From the NCBI GenBank assembly GCA_043228905.1, contig JBHGNT010000006.1, positions 10,106,001 to 10,170,000 on the forward strand: a stretch of 64,000 nucleotides of DNA, in the 5' to 3' direction. Source of the stretch: Azolla caroliniana. Its lineage: Eukaryota > Plantae > Polypodiophyta. The position numbers and the translations under genes were made by a program. The notes below the pieces were generated by a model. That model saw nothing but the letters and a program-made list of their open reading frames with translations, was not told the origin of the DNA and made no database searches. Within the stretch, counting starts at the first letter, position 1. The number at the start of each line of letters is the position of its first letter. This document shows, piece by piece, positions 11,054-20,955 of this stretch.

Positions 11054-13837
11054 ATGGACCCGCAAACGCTGTCAGAAGCCGCCAAGACATGGCTAAAGCA
11101 GCACGGGCTCGAGGGCTTCTTGATGATTATGGAGGTACCGCCACACAAAGAAGTCGACAAGGTGATCAAAGAAATTGACACAGAAGTCATAACGGCGGAG
11201 GCGATTCGAGCGTTAACAGGCCTTCCGGAGGGAGGCATACTCATGATTGAAAATCCGACCTCGGAGCAACTCATCAGGTATTTTGGTGAGTACTCCCTAG
11301 CCAGCAAGGGCTACCGGACACAGGGCGGCGGAGATATGGTGTTCCGCGAGATTGCTCGTGTGCTCCACGAATACGACCATGTGTACCCTAGACCCCCTGT
11401 CATGCCGCAGAACCGGGCAGGGATGATCATCACCACCTATGAAGGGATCAAGGTGGATTGGCCGGTATTGATCGCAGACGGGTTGTGTGCGGCGATCGAG
11501 ATCGTCAGAGGCAAAGACGGCAAAGAAGGCCAAGACGGACGAAGGATATGGCACGCCGTAACGCAGTGGCTCACCTTGCTCGTGCCACCCGTCCAGCCTG
11601 TCCAGCCTAAGAAGTGAGGAAGAGTGGCGGATGGCACCCCAAAGACGGCTTCCAAAAGACAACAACTGTTGGCCTCTAAGGCCACTAAGGGGAAGGCGGC
11701 GGACGCAGAACAGGCGGGAAAGGAGAGCAGCAGCCGGAAGCGGCCAACGGATGCGTAGGAGGAACCACCGGCACGGCCCGTAAAGGTTACACTCCGCCGA
11801 CCGGCGAATAGAGAAGCGGACCCCTTGGTGGCAAAACTCAATGCCGGGACTTAGGAAGAGGAAGTAGAGGAGGAGCCTACGGAGCACCTCCAGCGACGGT
11901 CGTCGCCAAGGACCGTTGAGGCAGCCGAGAAACGTTCGGACCCTCAGACGGAGGGAACACCGGCTCCCCATACTGAGACTCCCACGCCAAGGGAAGAACC
12001 AGAACCGGTGCGCATGGCACCGGAATGAGAAGCCCTGGCACCACCGGCAACACCGACAAGCCCCATCCTGCCAGAGCCGAAAAGGTCAATGCAGCCTCCC
12101 TCGGCCAACCAAGAAGAAGCGCAAGGGGAACCAGGACAATAGGGTGGTCCACGGGCTGAAACAGAATTGCAACTCGGCGCAATCAGGTGGGACCACCCAT
12201 CTACAAGTGAGCCCATCCGTCAAACCTCCGGGCAAACGCAACAACAAGGCACCGGTAGCCTGTGGCTTCGGTGGATAGGCGAACAGATTGTCGGAGCAGT
12301 GGGGTATATTGAGGCGGAAGAAAGAGCGCAAAGCGAACGGTTGCTCGTCACAACCGAACAACTAGAGATGGCCCGGTCCAGAATCCGGTGCCTTGAAATA
12401 GACTTGGATCAGGTCACGACAGAGATGGCCAAAATGGCCTTAACGACAACACAGATCCAATCACCGGTGACTCCGGTAAGTGTACAGAATAAAGAAACAG
12501 ATCGACCTATACATACCAATAAGACCCTGGCAACGGAAACCGTTCCGGCGAGAGATGCAGTGCAAGCCCAAGAGCTTGCGGAATTGAGAGATGAACTGGC
12601 CGCACAAGAAGCGCTAAGGAGCCGTGAACGGGAATTGAAGACAGCGGCCGAAGCCGAATTAAAGAAGACTGTTGAGAACCTCCGTCGGGCAGAGGAGAGT
12701 CTCCGGAAAGGCCATCAAGCGTACGACCGGCTAAGGGAGGAAAAAGACAAAGTGTTGCAGGAAAAGGACAAGCTGCAGAAGACGGCGGAAACGGAAATTG
12801 AACGGCTAAAGGAAGAGCTCCGCCAGCAAAAGGACCGCGAGGACCGGGCCCGTCGACAGATCAACGCACGGCTCAAGCAGAAGACAGATGAGTTTGAGCA
12901 CCTGCACCAGAACTACAAACGGCTGGAAACGGAGCATAAGGAACGGATGGCCGAGCTCCAGCAGGAAGTTGATCGGGCTGCGACGACGATCGCCAACGAA
13001 CGTGTGGAAAATACAAGACGGTTGGACGAGGCGGAGAAGGTCCGGATGGAGCTCCAGAGGCAGCAGCAGGAAGAAAAGGAGAGAGCGTCAACGGTATTGC
13101 AGAAATTACAAAGCACATATCAAAGGCAATTGACGCATTACAAGGAGCAGGCGGAAGACAACGTCAAAATCATCAAGCAACTAAAGGAGGAATGGCAAGC
13201 GGCGGAAATCAAATCGCAATTGGGAACGGGCCGGATTCAGTGCATCCTCCGAGCATGGCTAAATCAGACAAAACGCTTGATTGACGAAAGCTCCATAAGA
13301 TGGTGGACAAAGTCGGCACAAAACGCGGCGGAACTCCAATTGCTACGGGCAGACGTGGCAAACCGGCGGAAGGAAGGAGATGATTGTTATACGTTGACTT
13401 CCGAGGACTTCACCGCCATACGGGACGAGCTGGCCGACGACTTCCAAGTCCTGGTGGATGAACAGCTGGCGCAGGTCCGACAACTCGTAGCTCAGTTAGA
13501 CGATGATAGGCTGGACGCTCAAATCCAGTTTGAAAGCTACGAGCGGTCCCGGGTTCGGGAAGAAAAAGCACGGGAAGCGGCAACGGTTAACCTTAGTGAT
13601 GAGGAACCGTCGCCGGCCAAGGGCCAGCCTGGAACCAGTCAACCGGAGACCGCTACGACGAAGGGAGCAACGATGGATACGCCGGTGTCAGAGCAACAAA
13701 CGGAGGAGAAGCCGCAACAGCCACCAACGGACCCGTCACAACAGATATCAACAGAGCAACAACAACAACAACCAATTCCATATGAACCATTGGAGACTCT
13801 CGAACAAAGCATTCTGGATATTTTGGACGAAGAATAG
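11054..13837 (+). pseudogene. Extra 3' ORF of Gypsy A (~927 codons): plant-mobile-domain-like N-terminus, P/E linker, long coiled coil
   Basis: ORFs 10832-11617 and 12167-13837 are in one frame, bridged by five TGA/TAG stops explicable as C>T changes of CGA/CAG. Confidence 0.7.
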
Positions 13838-13891
13838 CAAGGGTCGGTTGTGGATTCGACGTACAAGGTACTGTCCCACGGGTGTGCCATG

Positions 13892-14323
13892 TGTTACCGG
13901 CCAGCAAAGGGTCCAGAGTGTGAAATAGGGAGTTATTTAATTAGTAGGAATGGTTGTAAGTAAGTTATGAGTGTGGACGGGCGGACCAGAATCGGTATGG
14001 CGTTCCGGATCTGGACCGATCCCGAATAGGTGCGGATGGCACTGTTTTGTAATACAGATCGGAGACCTATTTAAAGGCCCGTATACAATGTAATGAACAA
14101 CGGTTAATTAATAAAGTTCAGTGCTGTTATCTCTGTGTGTTAATTGTCTTTCTGCATTCATTGTTATATCTTACGCGTGTGATTATTAAAGACGATCATG
14201 CTAACTAACCTAATTAAGTCGAATTAATCGTTGAGTCTAATCCTGTTGCCGTAACACCCCTTTGGTGAAGTGTCTTCCGTAGACACCCTGTGTTAGGCCA
14301 TTGTCCGGCCCTAAGAGTTAACA
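13892..14323 (+). repeat. 3' LTR of Gypsy A
   Basis: TGTTA...TAACA termini, TATA-like ctatttaaa and AATAAA. Right end fixed by resumption of B pol; left end less sure. Confidence 0.65.
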
Positions 14324-16609
14324 ATTTCTCTTCTTTGGGTGCCTCCATATGCACTTGTCCCACAGGAAGAATCAGTACGCCTTCTTCCGTACCCGGCTCG
14401 CCTCTTCTCTCGTCCATGCTACGTGCGGTGTCATCGTCTGTAGGAACCTCCCGATTTGGAGCCACTCCCCGTTGTACCTGCTTTCGTCAAATTGGTTAAG
14501 CACCGGAATGTCCCTTTTCCTCGTCGTTATGTTAGCCGACCCGAAGAAGTCCTCGCCGACTTCTTCGTCATCCGAAACCATGCCGTCTTCGTCTTTGAAC
14601 CTTGCTCTCGAAAGCATGTCGGCCATGGCGTTATCCTTTCCGGAGATGTGCCGTATCTCCGGGTTCAGGGACTTAATGTACGCTATCCACCGGAGCATTG
14701 CTAGGTTCGGCGTCGCGCATCCGAAAACCATGCCGAGTATCGGCAGGCAGTCCGTCTCGATGGTCACCTCCGTCCCGATCAGATAGTCCTTGTTGGCCTT
14801 GACTGCCGAAACGATACCCCAAAGCTCGCACTTAACTTGGGCGTATCCTCGCTGCCGCTCGCTCAATACCTTCGCCTTGAACCGGATCGTGAATCATACA
14901 CCGTCCTTGTCCTCCTGACTGATTACCCACCCGATCCCAGTCGGGCTTGTGTCCACCGTCACGCAATTGGGGACGCCCTTGCTGTAAACCGCTTTACGGA
15001 GGGCCGGTGCTATCGTAGGCGCCTCCTTTAGTCTCCGGACCGACTCTGTGTGCTCCGTCCTCCACTCGAACCCATGCCCTTTCTTCAATAGCCCGTAGAG
15101 AGGCTTTGCAACATGCGCGTAGTGCGGAATCCAGATGTGGTAGAACACGCATGCTCCCAAGAATCTGCGGACCTCCGTGACCGACCCGCAATCGTCCCTC
15201 ATCGCTGAGATGGCCTCCACCTTTGCCGGAGACGGTTTCCTACCGTAGGGCCCGCACAGGTGTCCGACCACCAAGATCTCCGACTGCCCGAACGCCGATT
15301 TTTCTCCGGAGAAGGTGAGTTATGCGTTTTCCAGCTTCTGCAACACCTTCTCGCAGTCCTTGATGTGGTTCACGACGAACCTCCGACATCCATCTGGCCC
15401 GACAGTCTCGTCTGTGTCATCCACCGGACACCCCTTTATCGGGATGTCATCCAAGAATGGCATGGTGATGTCCGAGATGCAGTCCCTTAGCACCTTGTTC
15501 ATTGCGTTCACCACATAAGCCACCGAATTTGTCCCTCCTTGTGGTAGGGTACACATCCGTACTAGGCCGAGAGGAGTTCGCATCGTCGTGATATCCCTGC
15601 TCTCCACGGCTAGCTGGAACTAGTCGTACCCCGAGTATAAGTCACTGAACGAATAGATCGACCTTCCAGCGAAGGCCTCCGCGAACTCCTCTATGGTCGA
15701 TCCGATTCCTGCATTATGGATGGTCACCCTTTTGATCGGTTGCAGGTCCTGAATGAAGCGCATCATGCCATTCTTCTTCAGCACCGTGAACCACCGATTC
15801 GAATACAGGGCACTCAACGGTTCGAGGATGCCCATATCCACTTTTTGCTTCAGGGCCCCATCAACTTCGGGATGTGAGCTCTCGGCACCGGAATCAGTTT
15901 GAGATTTCACGGTACATGCGGTACTGTGAAGATCACCATCGGTTCGACGATCGTCAGGTCCACGCACCCGATCTCCTCCGGCAAGAACGCGAAGGCTTTC
16001 CCATGCCTTCCGAGCATTCTCTGAAACTTGTTCTCCTCCGCCGGCAGTAGAAAGCCACCCCCACCAACCTTGAGCGCCCGTAGCGTTATGTTGGTGAACC
16101 GGTGCCCTATGCCAGCCGGATTCCGTAAACTTGGGTCCGACGCGACCCCTTTTATCCACTCCTCGTTGCCCTCCGGCAAGGGTGCCGCGACTAGCCTCAC
16201 CTTCCGGTCCACAGTCTTGTACTTTGTATCCACGCGAGCCGTCCGATCCAACCTGATCCTCTCCCCGAAGTCCGCGATGACTTCATACATTCCCATCGAA
16301 CCTACCGGAACGGTCCGGTCTTCTCTAAGGTCTTCATCGACCACCTTTCGCAACTCACCCAAGGTGTCATCAAAAGAGACCGCCTCCACGGCGCCGCTGA
16401 TCTCTTCGTCGGGGGAGAGGACTCCGCATGTCCTAAGCCGCTCCTCCGCTCGCTTCCTTTCCCGGCCGTTGACGTCGGCCATAGTACAACCTCCGTTGCC
16501 GGAGAACCAAAATTTCCTACCTTGGTATAGGTCTTCTTCCGTACTGTACATTTGTGGGGTTTTTCCTGGGTGTCCGGACTATCGCGGCCCCACGCCTTGA
16601 TAGCCCTCT
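14324..16609 (-). pseudogene. RT-RNase H of Gypsy B
   Basis: IQDLQP, DLYSGYD, TLPQGGTNS, PFLDDIPIKG, VDTSPTGIGW, ETDCLP, ADMLSR. Confidence 0.9.
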
Positions 16610-16619
16610 CTAAAAATCC
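16554..16619 (-). promoter_or_regulatory. Putative -1 ribosomal frameshift signal (G GAU UUU plus H-type pseudoknot)
   Basis: Heptamer 16619-16613 in gag-PR frame just before TAG; 6-nt spacer; 8-bp stem; loop GUGGGG pairs with downstream CCCCAC. Confidence 0.6.
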
Positions 16620-18310
16620 CCTCGGGTTTCACCGCCAAGGGCCTCGCAGTTACGCTCATGGTTCGGTCGCACCGTCAGGAACTGGACCGAGTGACGCCCA
16701 TCCTGGCTCTTGACTCTTGCATAGGCTGAACTGTTGTCCAACACCTTGGTCTCCATCTGTGCCGCCATGACGTATGGCTCTCCTAGTATAACCGGATGCG
16801 AGGACGTCTCCTACACGAAGAAGTGCTGGTCGATCTCGACATCGCCGATTTTCACCTGTACGTTCGGACAGGCCCTATGTAGTTCTTCCGTGGCGCGCGT
16901 CGCTGCCCGTATTTTCCAGCCGTGCTTGGTGTTGATCGGCCATTTATCCCTCTTGTAGAAATCCATGGACATGAGGTTGATTTCGGATCCATGGTCTACC
17001 AACGCCACCACCGGTTCCGGAACGTTGCCGATCCGTACAGGGGTTTCCGTAGTTGCCCTGGGCCAATGCGGCTTCGTGTAGTGGCTTCCTGCCAACTCGT
17101 CTTCTAGGGCCGCGCCTTCCAAGTGCGTGGTCCGCACCTCCACCGGCTTCTCTGGTTCCGGCTCCGTCGAGAGCCTCTTCCGCTTCACCAAGTCTATGAT
17201 GGAGTAGTGGAACTCCTTCTTGGCGATCCCAAGCACTTCCCTCAGCGACAACTCCACTTTGCTGTCAAGGATACGTTCCTCCAGGACCTTTCGCAGGTCT
17301 GTGGTCCTTTCGATTTCAGTGCTCAACCGAAACCCTGCCTGCTTCTTTCTGTCCGGCGCGCCTGGGTTGCCGGCACCGGTTGGTTTCGGTCTGAACCGGG
17401 TCTCATACCTCTGCGAGGGACCGACCCCTCCGGCCTTTCTTGCCCGTTTGTCTTCCACCAGAACCTCGTAGTTCTGGCAAGCGGCTTCTACAAAGCCCGT
17501 TTTCTCTTCGATCGGATCATCCCAACTGGTGACCTCCTGGACCCGCTGTTTTGCGCGGTCCGCCTCTTCCTTCTTCAGCCGAACTCCGGAGAGGCCTTCT
17601 AGCACTAGCGGCCAGAATCTGGAGTCCTTCGCCTTCTGGGTCTCATCACCCCCGACCCGAATTCCCGCCAACACTGAGTAGTTAACAGCTTCAACGTGCC
17701 GTGCCGCGGCCTCTTCCATCAACCTCTTCATTCCGTCACGCCCCGTATTTAGTTCTAGGGCTCTCCGGGTCTCGCTAGCGTGCACTCGCCTGTTCCAGAG
17801 GTACACCACGTTGGTCCTGAGCGTGTCGGCGAAATCCGCGCAATCCTTCCGAATGTGACTGATCGCGTCACACCACATGCCCCGCTGCCCAGCCGGTGGC
17901 CTCCGGTCGCGAGGTTGTTCACCGCTGTCTCTCCGGGCCTGTGCGATCTGTAGGTCGAGCACCATCTGTGTCAGCTCCTCCAAAGCCGCTCCTCCGGGTG
18001 GGCCTCTGACCACATCCTTCGATGCCGACCCCGACTCTAGCCAGATTCGGATCTCTTCCTTCCTACCGGCCAACACCGATACCGGCTCCTCGAGCCTCAT
18101 CCCCAGGACCGGCCCTAACCCCGACGAGCTTCCGTCGCTCCAATCGCGCCGTTTGTCGAAACGGCTACAGACCCGTTTTACCACGGCCCAGTTTGCCGTG
18201 AGCCCTTTGTCCGTTTCCAATAGGGGACCCACCTTTTCCCTGTCGAGTGCGTCCACCGACTTGACAAATAGTAATACTCGACTCGTTTCGAGCACCGTCC
18301 GGTCCAGCGT
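16610..18310 (-). pseudogene. gag C-terminal half plus protease of Gypsy B
   Basis: Degenerate knuckle (MWCDAISHIRKDC), ALVDHGSEINLM protease motif, VILGEPY; ends RGDF*. Confidence 0.85.
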
Positions 18311-18670
18311 TGTCGCGAAGATTCGCGCGTGCGTGTGCTACTCGAGTGACCACCGGGGTCTTGGACTAGAGAGGATGTTTGCAGAATTATCGAAGAGATG
18401 ACGATCAATGTAAGATTAGATGAAATTGGTTTACTTGAGAAGAAGAAAGATTGTACACTTGAGAAGTAGAAAAATATGAAGAAGATAAAGAAAAATATAA
18501 TTATATTGATGATAATGGTGTTGGTGATATCACATATTGAGCCCCCCTTTACACAAGCTCCACTAGGGTTTTTATAGCTCTCTTCATGCACAAAACCATG
18601 GGTTTAGAATACTTCATGCCCAAAATCCACGTAAGTAAATCTTCATGCCCAAAATCCATGTAACCAAATG
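18311..18670 (-). mobile_element. Truncated LTR of a B-related family inserted in B gag
   Basis: U5 end (ctagtccaagacccc...cacgcacgcgcg...cgcgaCA) shared with solo LTR 52480-52780; minus TATA near 18570. Confidence 0.7.
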
Positions 18671-18672
18671 CC

Positions 18673-18918
18673 CTCGGATGTTGGGCTTCAAAACAAGTCG
18701 ACGTGCAGTAGAAAAGATTAAGAAGATAAGGGAACGTGAGCTACGTCGACTACAAGCTATGGTTGGGGTACCTTTTACATTGGGACCATGGGCCACATCC
18801 AGATCACAACCCTTTGACCTCCCGCTTCTCTTCAAGAGACTTGGATGGAAATGAAATTAGGCCTAGTTTAAAATCATTTTCATTGTAGAACATGTTTGTT
18901 ATTTTCTTAGAACTATTT
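18673..18918 (+). repeat. Partial copy of the short element at 50475-50850
   Basis: High similarity starting at the same ctcGGATGTTGGGC nucleotide. Confidence 0.85.
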
Positions 18919-18932
18919 CACGTAAGTAAATC

Positions 18933-19811
18933 TGTATGGTTCGTCCTGAAAAACAAGTTGAGAAGGAACAAGTGAATTCAAAGCTATGGCAAGATCTAAA
19001 CCGGGATGATTGGCAAGAAGTACTATGCTCATATATAAACAATCCTCACATTACATCTATCAGAAGATTTGCCCGAAGGCTATTGCTGCATTTATGTGGA
19101 TCAAAGGGTCATTATTAACATGTCAGAGATGCTTGGCAACTTTCAAAAGAAGTGAAAAAGCTATACAAGTTAGTACAAAAGGCTGGAGGTTTTCAGGCTC
19201 TTTTAGTTTATGAATGAAGTGTCAAGCTTGTCAAATGCCTATCTGCCATCGTGGAGGTAGGCACCGCAAGGCCTCGGAACTGGCAGAAATATTGCTCAAG
19301 ACATCCAGACATCATACAGTTTTTGCTGAGTGGAGTGTTTGTGTTTGGGGAGGAATCGGTAGTTCAAACATTGAAACTTCTGTCTCTTGCATTCTATGCT
19401 GGTAAAGAATTAGGTACATCTTCCAGTAAAGGGGAATCTGTAGAAGTGGTCAATGCCACAACTATAAATGGAGCAAAGCAAAGCAATCAAATTACAGATA
19501 TACGGAAAAAGAAGAAGGGTTCAAGCGAAGATGCAACTGATAGTACAACAGAAAAACCGTTTTTGGATATGGAATTGGTTGTAGAACAATTTGCTAGTGA
19601 TGATGGAAAGATCGTACTCCAGTTCGTTGATGTTTTCCTGCTTGAATGGAATGCAACTTGTGTGCGAGTAGAGGCAAAGTCTGTTCTTATTGGAGCTTGG
19701 CATCATGGAAGCCCTCTTGTAAGAGAAGTAATCCTGAAAAAGCTCTTGCAGAAGGTGCTTGTCTTGCCATCCTATGGTCAGAACATTACTGATTATACAG
19801 ATTTACTTACG
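18933..19811 (+). pseudogene. BIG: Captured internal fragment of auxin transport protein BIG (DOC1/TIR3, UBR4 homologue)
   Basis: One frame reads VLCSYINNPH..RRFARRLLLHLCGSK..ARPRNWQKYC..EESVVQTLKLL..FLLEWN..LLQKV..LPSYGQNI, which I recognise as BIG. In-frame stops at 19116 and 19215. Confidence 0.9.
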
Positions 19812-20235
19812 CGAACCGTTTTTCGAACTCTTGGAGGAGCACCGACGTGTTCCTCCCCTTTCCGGGGCTTTCCACCCACGCCATGAAGTCCTACCTCAAC
19901 AGCCGAAGCGAGTCGTCAAACCCATACTTCTCGAGGAGCTGCAGCTCGAACTCCTCCCAAGTCTGGCATCCGGCCATCACCTCGAGCACCTCCGCGTAGA
20001 TGCCCGACGTCACCACTCGAGGGAATCCGGACAACCGCCTGTCCACCGGGATATCCCTCATGATCATTTCGACTCGGTAAGCCTCCAAATAACTTGTGGC
20101 GTCTTTCCCTCCGAACCGGTCTATAGTGTCGACGATCGATTCAACGGCTCTGTCGAGTGTACCCGTCCCCTCACGAGCGCTTACCAGCCGGTCGATGGCT
20201 ACTACCATTGCCTCCGCTAGCTCCGATCCCCTCAT
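19812..20235 (-). pseudogene. gag N-terminal part of Gypsy B
   Basis: RFGGKDATSYLEAY, TWEEFELQLLEKYG; joins the 18310 part (EKRFA...TLDRTVLETSRVLLF). Confidence 0.8.
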
Positions 20236-20258
20236 CTTTCGACTCCTTTGCCGCCTTT

Positions 20259-20275
20259 TCACGTCGGGTTCACCA
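20259..20275 (-). promoter_or_regulatory. Primer binding site, tRNA-Trp
   Basis: TGGTGAACCCGACGTGA, complementary to the plant tRNA-Trp 3' end (TCACGTCGGGTTCA-CCA, recalled), 4 nt from the LTR. Confidence 0.85.
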
Positions 20276-20279
20276 AATA

Positions 20280-20348
20280 TGTTGCGTTGTTACGTGCGTG
20301 CGTGGAGAAAGAGGCGGGACCACGGGGGTCTCGAACCAAGGAGAGAGA

Positions 20349-20382
<34 letters not shown>

Positions 20383-20955
20383 TGCAAGTACACAGAAAGA
20401 GATTAAGAGCAAGAAAAACAGGAATCTGATTACTATAGTCAGTAGCTTACAACCGGCAACTCGGTAATGGACCCGACACGGGGTCCTACTCACGCACACC
20501 GACGACAGGCACACGACTCGAAGAAACAAGAGGGGAAAGGGGAAGGAGGGAGACTCTCCTGGAAGCACACGGGTTGTTCACGAAGCAGAGGCAGCGAATT
20601 CCTGACACCCGCAGAGAACGACGATTAGAGGAGAGGGAGAGAGCGAGCCCGGCACTCGGTTCTGCAGCAGCACTTCGTCCTCGCCAACGCGTGATATTTT
20701 TCTTTCCCTTCTCTCCTCTCCTTAAATAGTTCCCAAAAGGGGGTGCCCTTTCTCCCTAGTCAAATCGCTTTATTCCTTGTCTCTTCTGATAGAGATACGC
20801 ACAATCCCCTAATAAATGTGTACTACTTAGTATTTACATCAGCCGATCCATTTATCAATCATGTACAAAATATCAATTCATGCGCCCATCCGTGCAAGAG
20901 CCGGTTCATGTGCCTTTTTCTCCGATTCTGCCTATGCTCGGTTTTCTTCACGACA
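20280..20955 (-). repeat. 5' LTR of Gypsy B
   Basis: TGTCGTG...CGCAACA on minus; U3 similar to 30483-30603; internal (GA)n. Confidence 0.85.

Larger units (their letters stand above)
378..14323 (+). mobile_element. Gypsy element A (non-chromoviral, Athila/Tat-like OTA group) with extra 3' ORF; 5' part outside window
   Basis: Order gag(CCHC)-PR-RT-RH-INT, no chromodomain, extra ORF, 3' LTR. Junction at 14323/14324 interrupts pol of element B (WRHPKKRN|). Confidence 0.9.
14324..20955 (-). mobile_element. Gypsy element B (fungal-like RT, tRNA-Trp PBS); 3' part outside window
   Basis: 5' LTR 20280-20955, PBS, gag-PR then RT-RH; interrupts LINE ORF2 at 20955/20956. Confidence 0.88.

Noticed and set aside
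12167-13837. Envelope gene or host myosin-like gene
   Set aside because: No signal or transmembrane segment, and it lies between integrase and LTR; treated as an accessory ORF.
18921-19811. BIG fragment as a Pack-type TIR transposon
   Set aside because: No TSD, the right repeat reads as BIG coding sequence, and a third copy nearby fits template switching better.
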